DNA of 64,000 bases from the NCBI RefSeq assembly GCF_006345805.1, contig NC_042999.1, positions 2,728,001-2,792,000 of the forward strand, written 5' to 3'. The position numbers and the translations under genes are program-made. The first letter of the stretch is position 1; each line of letters begins with the position of its first letter. This document shows, in pieces, positions 46,844 through 57,400 of this stretch. The DNA comes from Octopus sinensis (lineage: Eukaryota). The notes under the pieces were generated by a model that did no database searches, was not told the DNA's origin, and was given only the letters and a program-made list of their open reading frames with translations.

Positions 46844-49110
46844 TTAGGGAAAAGAAGTCATATATGGGAGACAAAATTTGTATATATAGGAGGAAAATGC
46901 AGGGAACCGTATATGCACATACACACACCCACACACACACACACACACGCACATGTACATACATATATATATATGTACACACACATACATACACACACAC
47001 ACGCACATATAGGAAAGCGGGATGTGCTGGAGCCGACAGGTTGCACCGGGTGGGAGGAAATTGCATGGGGGAATTGGTATAGGACCTAAGCATTGTAGTA
47101 TTTGAAAGTTTAATAAGTTTATGTATACAGGATGGTTTGAACTCTGACCTTTTGTTAATAAGATGTGTTTGTCTTTGAATTTCAAGATGTTCAGGAGTTC
47201 TACACAACATAGTTGGCATCCTGCTCTATTATTTAAATAAGGTGCAGCTGATCCGATGATGGACCATCTGAGTTTGAAGCCTATGCATTTGTCTTTTAAT
47301 TCCCAAATTCTTTTAGAGAGGGAGGTGCTGTTAGCCTTATGTCTGTGTCTCAGCGAGGACCGGTGGTTGTAGTATCTGGATTTCCAGGAGGTTGAGCAAC
47401 CAATATAGGTGAGTGTGTTAAACTGAGTACTCACCTCACATGAGTATATTACGTTTTTCGCCCTACATGCGCCCTGCAGCGGGCACTCTGATGCACATCT
47501 GCAGTTGCATTGCATTGCATTATTCGGTCGTGTGCTGCTAATCCCAGGCGGAGGTGTTGCAATACGAGTGGGGGCGTTGGTATCCTCCTGGTTGTTGATG
47601 GGTGTAGTATTTCCTCTGTTGTGTTGGCGGGTGTTATTACTAACTGTTTGGGTAGTATGGCTGCCAGTCTGGTTATATTGTCTACTGTCTAGATGAGGGG
47701 GGTTCTGTTGGTCGTTATGGTTTGCTCTTGATCTAGCTGTTCTAATATTAATATAGTTATGTTTAGCTATGAGGCAGCTCATGTTGGGCAGGGTAGAGTA
47801 GGAAATCCTAATAGTTTTGTTGGAGAAGATACTTCTATACTTGTGGGTGGGTGGGAAGTTGTTGGAAATTATAGAGAATATTCTCTTACATAACTTACCC
47901 CTAACTGCTAAGTTGAAAGGTATGTTGAACCATATATATTTGCATAATCTGCTATTATCCCTTCCATTTCTCCTAATAGGATCTATATTGCTCTCGTCGG
48001 GAGGGTTACTATTGTGTGCTATTCTATTAGTTCGCCTATTTCCTATACGTTGTTTGGAGTTTAAATTAGAATTATCGCTAGTGTGAGTTGAGTGCTGAGT
48101 TCGATTATAAATGGGAGTCTTATGGCCGACGGACGCTCCCGGGTGGTCTACATATGATATTCTCTGGTTATACCCGGCACTATAGAGAGCCTGGTTGTAG
48201 TGTTGTGCATGATTATTGAAAATTTCTCTATTAGAGGATAGTTTTGTCAGTCTGTCTGAGATGGCTTGGACCGTGGTGCTAATTATACATGGTGGATGGT
48301 TGGAAGAGGTATGGATGTATTTGGTAGTTTCTTCGGGTTTCCTATACGGGTGGTGAAGGTGCTTATTCAAATCTAACGTAACATCTAAGAAGTTTACTAT
48401 TTTAGTATTGGTCATAAATTCTAGTTTAAGATTGAAGGATTTGAAAAAAAGCCTGATCTTTTTCCTAATCTTTCTAGTTTACTCCTATTGTTGGTGGGGT
48501 ATATGAAGAGAGCGTCGTCTCTGTATAGACCCCCCTGAAGATCCGGTACCTCGGAGAAAAGCTTCTTGAGCAGGTAGGCCCCGACCAAGTCAGTCACCTG
48601 AGCTGAATCGCTCGAGCCATAGCCACATCGAAATTGTCGGGGGTATCGGATCTGGTCCAGAGTCTACCGTCGAATTCTATTATGGTTTTTCTAGCTAATA
48701 GAATTATGTCAATTTTTTCTCTGTCTATGAGTGAAAGGTGCGGGCAAAAATAAGGGATTTGTTAAGTAAGATGGGGGATATACTGGCGTAGTAGCTAGCT
48801 ATGTCGAATTGGATGAATGAGTAGTCGGGCCTATTGGTGATAGTGTTAAACCATTCTAGCACATCGTCGGTGTTAATCCATAGTTGGAGTGGGATGTGGG
48901 GTTTGATGTGTGGGATCACCTTGTCCAGGATAGTCTTGCTAAGTCTGCCGATATCCGATTTAGTCGGACAGATTAATCGTACTCCTACACTATCTGGGAA
49001 GTCTTTATTATGGTCTTTAATAGTAATTTTGGGTACTTGTGGTTTAATAGGTTCTGTTCTGTCCAGGAGGTCTAATTTGCTCATAACTTCCTTGATTTTG
49101 TAGTTAATTT
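46844..49110 (-). pseudogene. Penelope RT-GIY-YIG ORF with four -1 frameshifts
   Basis: Track ORFs 48725-49084 and 46844-48415 are joined by my own translation of 48420-48720; frameshifts at ~48735, ~48617, ~48472 and ~47155. Confidence 0.88.
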
Positions 49111-49156
49111 CCTTAAGGTATATATATGAATATATATATATACGAATATATATATA

Positions 49157-49720
49157 TCATCATCATCATCATCGTTTAACATCCGTTTTCCATGCTATAA
49201 TGGGTTGGACGGTTCAACTCGGGTCTGGGAAGCCAGAAGGCTGCACCAGGCCCAGTCTGATCTGGCAGTGTTTCTATGGCTTGATGCCCTTCCTAATGCC
49301 AACCACTCCGTGAGTGTAGTGGGTGCTTTTTACATGCCACTGGCACAGGTGCCAGATGAGGCTGGCAAATGGCCACGATCAGATGGTGCTTTTTACATGC
49401 CACCGGCACGGAGGCCAGGCGAGGCTGGCAACGACCATGATCGAATGGTGCTTTTTACGTGCCCCGGCACAGAGGCCAGTCGGGGCAGTGCTGGCAACGG
49501 CCGCGTTCGGATGGTTCTTTTACGTGCCACCGGCACTGGTATCGCAGCTACAATTTCCATTGATGTTGATCCATTTCGATTTTGATTTTGAATTTTACTT
49601 GCCTCAATAGGTCTTCACAAGTAGAATTTTGTGTCCCAAGAAGGAAAGGTATGCATAAGTGGACTGGCTACATCCCATGTAGAGGCCATGGGTTATGGTC
49701 TCACATGTCCTGCCAGGTCT
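49157..49720 (-). mobile_element. RTE 3' UTR copy (related subfamily)
   Basis: (CAT)n tail abutting (TA)n, GTGCCACCGGCAC modules, TTGCCTCAA.AGGTCTTCACAAG block. Confidence 0.85.
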
Positions 49721-49724
49721 TATA

Positions 49725-49777
<53 letters not shown>

Positions 49778-49875
49778 GTATATACATTTGTGTATATACA
49801 TTTGTATATATATATATTTATATAAATATAGGCCTTACACATACGTGCATATATATGTATGTATGGACGTTCGTA

Positions 49876-50305
49876 TGATTGATTGATTGATTGATTGATT
49901 GATTCTAGTTTCAGCTTATGAGCTGTGGCCATGCTGGGGCACCGCCATTTGGTGTTGCTACTTGGTTTCACTTAATGAAGGCTTTCTAGCAACTGCTATT
50001 TGGTGCATGAGAGAGTTCGATGCAGCTGCCCTCATCTGCCCCTCCTTCCGTGAAGTTGGTTCATCTGGGACACCTGACAGGAAGAGATCCAGCTTCATTT
50101 TAAAGACATCTGTATCCACCCCATGCAGGTCTCTCAGGTTCTTCGGGAGGATATTGAAGAGCTGTGGGCCTCGGAAGCCCAGGCTATCACAGAATCTTGT
50201 CCTACATCTTGATGGCAAGTTTGGAGTCCTAGGCACCACGCAGTGGCGCCCAGTTCTGGCATTTGCGTAACTCTCGATGCCAAAGTAAGTATAACGTGTG
50301 TTCAG
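49876..50305 (-). mobile_element. CR1-group LINE 3' end with (ATCA)n tail
   Basis: GRHCVVP...SLGFRGPQLFNILPKNLRDL..FKMKLDLFLSGVPDEP..AAASNSL; tail shared with SINE family B. Confidence 0.88.
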
Positions 50306-50379
50306 TATATATATATTTGTATTTAAGTGCCTATCTGATATATTCAACTGATGAAGCAAAGCTTATTTGAAGCTAAGCT

Positions 50380-50640
50380 AGAAATCCAGGATCTTGAATT
50401 ATTCAGTAATATTTTTTGCTTGTCTATTTTTGTCCCTCTGTCTTATCTCATGGTGCGATATGAACATTTAAAGTGGTGTTTGGAGTCAGGGATTTGACTG
50501 CTATTTCGGCATGGTGGTGTCTCTCGGAAACCCTTATTTATAGTTATATAAAAATTATTACCTTTGTATGGTATTTATTCCCATGCTGGACACTTGATAA
50601 TACCGATATTTAAACATCGATATTATCCTTATTTATAAAA
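50380..50640 (-). mobile_element. Short Penelope-type remnant with decayed hammerhead (50489-50533)
   Basis: GGGUUU-CCGAGAG...CC-GAAAUAGCA-GUC-AAAUCCC; stem I pairs but the core and stem II are damaged. Confidence 0.45.
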
Positions 50641-50656
50641 ATATATATATATACAT

Positions 50657-53600
50657 CATCATCATCATCATCATTTAGCGTCCGTTTTCCATGCTAGCAT
50701 GGGTTGGACGGTTCAACTGGGGTCTGGGGAGCCCGAAGGCTGCACCAGGCCAGTCAGATCTGGCAGTGTTTCTACAGCTGGATGCCCTTCCTAACGCCAA
50801 CCACTCCGAGAGTGTAGTGGGTGATTTTATGTGCCACCGACACAGGTGCCAGACGAGGCTGGCAGACGGCCACGCTCGGATGGTTTTTTTATGTGCCACC
50901 GACCAGGTGCCAGATGAGGCTGCAGGTGCCAGACGAGGCTGGCAGACGGCCACGCTCGGATGGTGTTTTTATGTGCCACCGACACAGGTGCCAGATGAGG
51001 CTGGCGGACGGCCACGATCGGATGGTGTTTGTTACGTCCCCAAAGCACGGAGCCAGTCTATGCGGTACTGGCTACGGCCACGTTCGGATGATTTTCTTGT
51101 GTGCCACCGGCACTGGTACCACAAAGATACAAATTCCATTTATGTTCATCTATTTTGATTTGTTTTGATTGATTTGATTTGATTTTCACTTGCCTCAACA
51201 GGTCTTCACAAGTGTCACTTGCCTCAACAGGTCTTCACAAGTGTCACAAGAAGGAAGGTATGCACAGGTGGACTGTCTACGTCGCCGGGTCTTCGGATGG
51301 TTCTTTATGTGCCACCGACACAGGTGCCAGATGTGGCTGGCGAACGGCCACGATCGGATGGTTTTCTTGTGTGCCACCGGTACTGGAACCACAAAGATAC
51401 AAATTCCATTGATGTTCATCTATTTTGATTTGGTTGATTTTCACTTGCCTCAACAGGTCTTCACAAGTGTCACGCGTGTCACACACTTGCCTCAACAGGT
51501 CTCCACAAGTGTCACACACTTGCCTCTGCGCTCAACAGGTCTTCACAAAGTGTCAACACCTGCCTCTGCCTCAACAGGTCTTCACAAGTGTCATAAGAGG
51601 GAAGGTATGCACAGGTGACTGACTACGTCGCCGGGTCTTTGGATGGTGTTTTTATGTGCCACCGACACAGTGCCAGGTGAGGCTGGCGAACGGCCACGAT
51701 CAGATGGTGTTTGTTGTGCCCACAGCACGGAGGTCATCGATGCGGTACCAGCTACGGCCACTTCGGATGGTTTTCTTGTGTGCCACCGGTACTGGAACCA
51801 CAAAGATACAAATTCCATTGATATTCATCTATTTTGATTTGTTTGATTTTCACTTGCCTCAACAGGTCTTCACAAGTGTCACACACTTGCCTCAACAGGT
51901 CTTCACAAGTGTCATAAGAGGGAAGGTATGCACAGGTGGACTGACTACGTCGCCGGGTCTTCGGATGGTGTCTTTATGTGCCACCGGCACAGGTGCCAGA
52001 TGAGGCTGGCGAACGGCCACGATCGGATGGTGTTTGTTGTGCCCACAGCACGGAGGCCAGTCGATGCGGTACTGGTTACGGCCACGTTTGGGTGGTTTTC
52101 TTGTGTGCCACCGGCACTGGTACCAAAGAATACAATTCCACTGATGTTCATCTATTTTGATTTGTTTTGATTTGATTTGATTTTCACTTGCCTCAACAGG
52201 TCTTCATAAGTGTCACAAGAAGGAAGGTATGCACAGGACTGACTACGTCCCAGGTCGGGGCCACGGGTTATGGCCTGACTAGTCTTGCCGGTCTTCTCAT
52301 GCACAGCATACTTCCATAGGTCTCGGTCTCTAGACATTTCCTTAGTGAGACCTAAAGTTCGAAGGTCGTGCTTCACCACCTCGTCCCAGGTTTTCCTGGT
52401 CTACCTCTTCCACAGGTTCCCTCCACTGCTAGGGTGTAGCACTTTTGCACACAACTATCTTCAGCCTTTCTTGTCACATGACCATACCAGCGCAGCCGTC
52501 TCTCTTGCACGCCACAACTGACGCTTCTTAGGTTCAGCTTTTCTCTCTCAAGGAACTTACACTCTGACGATTATGAACACTGACATTACACATCCATCGG
52601 AGCATACTGGCTTCATTTCTTGCGAGCTTACGCATATCCTCAGCAGTCACGGCCCATGTTTCACTACCATGTAGCATGGCTGTACGTACACATGCATCAT
52701 ACAGTCTGGCCTTTTACTCTGAGCGAGAGGCCTTTTGTCACCAGCAGGGGTAAGAGCCTCTAACTTTGCCCAGGCTATTCTTACTCTAGCAGTTACACTT
52801 TCAGCACACCCCCCCCCCCGCTACTGACTTGGTCTCCTAGGTAGCGGAAGCTATCAACTACTTCTAGTTTGTCTCCCTGGAACGTGGCAGAAGTTGGTCT
52901 CTGCATATTTCCAGTGTTTATTGCTCCTGAGCATTTGCCACAGACAAAAATATTTTTCCTAGTTAGCCTTCCTTTGACATTGCTGCACCTCTTATGTGTC
53001 CATAGCTTACACTTGGTGCATCTTATAGAGTTTCTCTACCTACACCTTTTTTACAGATCGAGCAGGGCCATCTACCTGAAGGCGTTTGTGATTGATCTAC
53101 CTTCCTACTTATTAGAACTTTGGGTTTGGCTAGGTTGATTCTAAGGCCCTTCGATTCTAATCCTTGTTTCCACACCTGGAACTTCTCCTCTTCTGATAGT
53201 GACTCAGCAATTAGAGCAAGGTCATCAGCATAGAGGAGCTCCCAGGGGCAACCTGTCTTGAATTCCTCCGTTATTGCCTGGAGGACTATGATAAATAGGA
53301 GGGGACTGAGGACTGAACCTTGGTGGACCCCAACCTCTACCCGGAATTCTTCACTGTACTCGTTGCCCACCCTCACCTTACTAGCAGCGTCTCTGTACAT
53401 GGCTTGCACAGCTCTCACCAACCATTCTTCTATCCCTAGTTTCCTCATTGACCACCAGATAAGGGACCGGGGACCCTGTCAAAGGCTTTCTCCAAGTCAA
53501 CAAAAGCCAGGTACAAGGGCTTATCTTTGGCTAGGTATTTCTCCTGCAGCTGTCTTACCAGAATATAGCATCAGTAGTACTTTTCCCTGGCACGAACCCA

Positions 53601-54120
53601 AACTGCATATCATCTAAGGTAACTCTCTCTCTAATTAGTTGGGCTACAACCCTCTCCGTAACCTTCATTACCTGATCCAGCAGCTTGATGCCCCTGTAGT
53701 TATTTGTCTCTAGGGCGTCGCCTTTACCTTTGTAGCAGTTGACTATTATGCTGCACACACCAGTCATTGGGTATGACCCCCTCGTGTATCACCTGGTTAA
53801 CTATACGGGTGACTAAGCTATAGCCGACACCACCAGATATTTTGAGCATCTCTGCAGTAATTCCTGATGGGCCTGGGGCTTTCCCTGTTTTCATGCTTCT
53901 ATTGCCTTATCTACTAAGGAACTGTTAACTCGGATTGCTGGTCCCTCTGTTGGTCGACATTCGGCAGACTCTCTTTATATCCATTCATTTTCTTCATTCA
54001 GCAACCTATCATAGTGGCGTCTCCAAGTTCTCTCTCTTTGCACCCTCATTAAGTGCAAGTGAACGTCCTCCTTGCGAACACATTTCTCTCCTACCACGTC
54101 ACGATTCTCTCTCACACACT
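50657..54120 (-). mobile_element. 5'-truncated RTE (BovB-type) LINE with ~1.6-kb tandem-repeat 3' UTR
   Basis: YDRLLNEENEW, NYRGIKLL, QFGFVPGKSTTDAI, GVHQGSVLSPLLF, LLYADD, DRDLWKYAV; several frameshifts; ends CCATGCTAGCATGGAAAACGGACGCTAAA(TGA)n. Confidence 0.93.
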
Positions 54121-54476
54121 GTATATATATATATATGCATATATATATATATGCATATATATCTATATATACATATTTGTATATATACACTTATATATAT
54201 ATATATGCCTATATATATGTATATATATATATTTATAGATATATATGTGTGTGTGTGTGTATTTATATATATATATATATATATATGTACATATTTGTAT
54301 ATATATACATTTCTATATACTTATATATATGCATATATATATGTATATATATTTTCAGCAAAAACAATTAAGATTCAAGTGAATTCCAATGAATTCAAAT
54401 GAATATGGTACTTAACTTGATGCACCAGAATTCTTTATGGTATTAGCCATAAAATAATGGATTTTTTCTTGGTTTT

Positions 54477-54526
<50 letters not shown>

Positions 54527-54530
54527 TCTA

Positions 54531-54569
<39 letters not shown>

Positions 54570-54674
54570 TATGCATGTATATATGTACGTATGTATATAT
54601 ATATATATATAATTATGCATATATATATACATATATATGTGTATATACATATGTTTTATATGTATTTATATATG

Positions 54675-54711
<37 letters not shown>

Positions 54712-55014
54712 GTGTGTGTATATATATATATGTGTATATATATATGTGTATATATATATATGTGTATATATATATGTGTATATATATATGTGTATATATA
54801 TATATGTGTATATATATATGTGTGTATATATATATGTGTGTATATATATGTGTGTATATATATATATGTATATATATATGTGTATGTGTGTATATATATA
54901 TATGTATATATATATGTGTGTGTGTGTGTATATATATATGTGTATATATATATGTGTGTGTATATATGTGTATATATATATGTGTGTGTATATATATGTG
55001 TGTATATATATATA

Positions 55015-55054
<40 letters not shown>

Positions 55055-55135
55055 AATATGTGTATATAATATATATATATATATATATATAATATGTATA
55101 TATAATATATATGTATGTATGTATGTATGTATATG
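54121..55135. repeat. (TA)n/(TG)n microsatellite tracts
   Basis: Seen directly (short unique stretch at 54355-54475). Confidence 0.9.
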
Positions 55136-55779
55136 CACACACAGAGTGTTTGTTTACTGCTTAAGCAATAAGCTATTGCTTTGAAGGAAAGAGAAAGAGA
55201 GAGATATTCACGAGCGCAGAAGAAGTAGAAGAACCTGAAGTTTTTTTTTTTTCTATTTGTTATTTTCTAATTTATTTATTCCTTTATTTAGTTTCATCTT
55301 ATTTGACATCGCAACACAACCGTGCCTTGAAGGAATTCAGCTGCTGCTTCTGTTGCAGCTGCAACTTCTGTCACTGCAGCTACCACTTCCATTCTGCATT
55401 CTAGCTATTTACCAATTCCAAAGTCTGATAAACTGTTGCATTGCTAATGGCTTCTTATTGTTGCTCTTCAATATGGTAAATTGAATGCCGTTGTAATTTT
55501 TGCCTTAGTACAAATCTTCAAGACAGCCACTGAAATGATTTCGTGTTGAAAGTTGTTTCTGTCAACTCAAGATGCTTCTAAGGCCATCTGTTACATTGTC
55601 TAGTCAAAGACGATGACATGTAAATGCTTTTTATACGTAACAGACCTTTTACAGAATGAACTAGATTCTTTCTTTTTTTTCTGCGTGATCGATCGATCGA
55701 TCAGTACACTCAAACATGTTTGGTTAGAGGAAGGCAACGGCACTGACTTATCAGTAGAATCTTCGTCACCGTTGTCGGC

Positions 55780-56590
55780 GGTGGCGGCATCAGCAACAAC
55801 CTCATCATCATCGTCGTTGTCCTCATCATTGTCTTCATCATTGTCGCACCACTGCCACCACCATCATCATCATCATTATCATCGTCGTCATTGACGGGAT
55901 TTTCTGAGACAGAGTTTTATCACCCGTTTCCATTCTTACTGCTTTAATCTCTTCATCACCACCATCGTCGTCGTCATCATCAGCAGCAATATCATCATCA
56001 TCATCATCATTGTCCTCGTCATTTTCACTATCGTTGCACCACCATCATCATCATCATTGTCATCATCATCAGCAACAACCTTATAATCATTGTCATCGTC
56101 TTCATCATTGACGCACCACCACCACCATCATCATCATTGTCATCATCATCATTGTCATCATCATCATTGTCATCGTCATCATCATCGTCTTCATCATTGT
56201 CGCACCACCACCACCATCATTACCATCATCATTGTCATCATCATCATTGTCATCGTCATCATCATCGTCTTCATCATTGTCGCACCACCACCACCATCAT
56301 TACCATCATCATTGTCATCATCATCATTGTCATCGTCATCATCATCGTCTTCATCATTGTCGCACCACCACCACCATCATTACCATCATCATTGTCATCA
56401 TCATCAGCAACAACCTCATCATCATTGTCATCATCATCATCATCGTCTTCATCATTGTCACATAACCACCACCACCATCATTATCATTGTCGTTTTATGC
56501 TCCCTTTCTGCAGCCATCATTGGTAGGACGGGATTTTCTGAGACAGAGTTTCATCGCCTCTTTCCATTCTTATTGCTTTAATCTCGTTTT
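55780..56590. repeat. (CAT)/(CAC) array with ~75-bp higher-order unit and a duplicated 59-bp island
   Basis: GACGGGATTTTCTGAGACAGAGTTT...TTTAATCTC at 55893-55951 and 56527-56585. Confidence 0.9.
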
Positions 56591-56729
56591 ATGAGATGCA
56601 GGAACATGGGTTACCTTACTGTCGTAAATATATTTCTCTTACAACTTTGACTTGTAGTTGTCTAATTATAAACCTTGCTAATACGGATATTGTCTTTTAG
56701 ACTCCTAATATATATATATATATATATAT

Positions 56730-56910
56730 AAAGTTAATCCAAACAAGAAAGCACAGAAAACCCATCAACGTGAGGACGTGGAACAAATATAGTATTATTG
56801 GACGCTGAGGAAAGAAGGAGGGTTTAACGTTTCGAGCAGAGCTCTTCGTCGGAAACATAGGAGAAGGAAAGATCCAGAGAAGGGAAGACAGAGGAAAAAA
56901 AAGGCATATA
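56730..56910 (-). mobile_element. Short (TA)n-flanked Penelope-type element with hammerhead
   Basis: About 180 bp between TA runs; contains 56822-56856. Confidence 0.65.
56822..56856 (-). ncRNA. Minimal type I hammerhead-like motif, C4 variant
   Basis: GUUU-CCGACGA-A-GAGC UCU GCUC-GAAAC-GUU-AAAC; palindromic AACGUU. Confidence 0.65.
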
Positions 56911-56934
56911 TACATATACTTAATATATTAGTAG

Positions 56935-57400
56935 TTGTGCTTCGCTTAGTAATTAGGATGCTGGACTCATGATCGTAAGATGGTGGTTTCGATTCCTCAA
57001 CCAGGCAGCGCGTTGTGTTCTTGGGTAAAACATTTCATATCACATCGTGCCAGTCCACTCAGCTGGCGAAAATGAGTTATCTCATGAGGGACTAGCGTCC
57101 CATCCAGGTAGGAAGTATATAAGCCAGAAAATCTGGGTAACCAGCCCTTTGAGTGTATAGGGCATGTGAAAGGGCTTTGGTGAAGTATGTGACTTAGTGA
57201 TTAGGCTGTTGGAGCTATAGTCACAAGATTGGGGTTTCGATTCCTGAACCAAGTGACACGTTGTTGCCTTGAGCAAAACACCTCATTTCCCGTTGCTCAA
57301 CTCCTTTCAGCTGTCAAGAGGGAAATATATGTGCCACAGAAACCAGGCAACTGACCCTATGAGTCTATACAACAGGGAAAGGGTCTTTATTGCTTTATCC
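56935..57400 (+). mobile_element. Two decayed SINE family D/E heads
   Basis: GGTTTCGATTCC B-boxes at ~56985 and ~57233. Confidence 0.6.

Larger units (their letters stand above)
45042..49110 (-). mobile_element. 5'-truncated Penelope-like element (C-terminal GIY-YIG, probably Hydra-type) inserted in (TA)n
   Basis: RT motifs QFDIASYY, FDVAMGSSDSAQVTDLVG, GLYRDD, NFLDVTL; linker CNCRCASECPLQGAC; VIYSC..YIG GIY-YIG; CQLCCVE; hammerhead near the 3' end; TA repeats at both ends. Confidence 0.92.

Noticed and set aside
51315-51360. CAGAUGA/CAGAUGU-GGCUG GCGAA CGGCC modules in the RTE 3' UTR that look like half-hammerheads
   Set aside because: U4 is A, the GAAA half and stems I/III are absent, and the motif is antisense to the LINE.
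51050-52260. Repeat-spacer-like pattern resembling a CRISPR array
   Set aside because: Eukaryotic LINE 3' UTR; the spacers are themselves repeated and there are no cas genes.
56090-56581. His/Ser-rich ORFs resembling metal-binding proteins
   Set aside because: (CAT)n array translation with no flanking gene structure.
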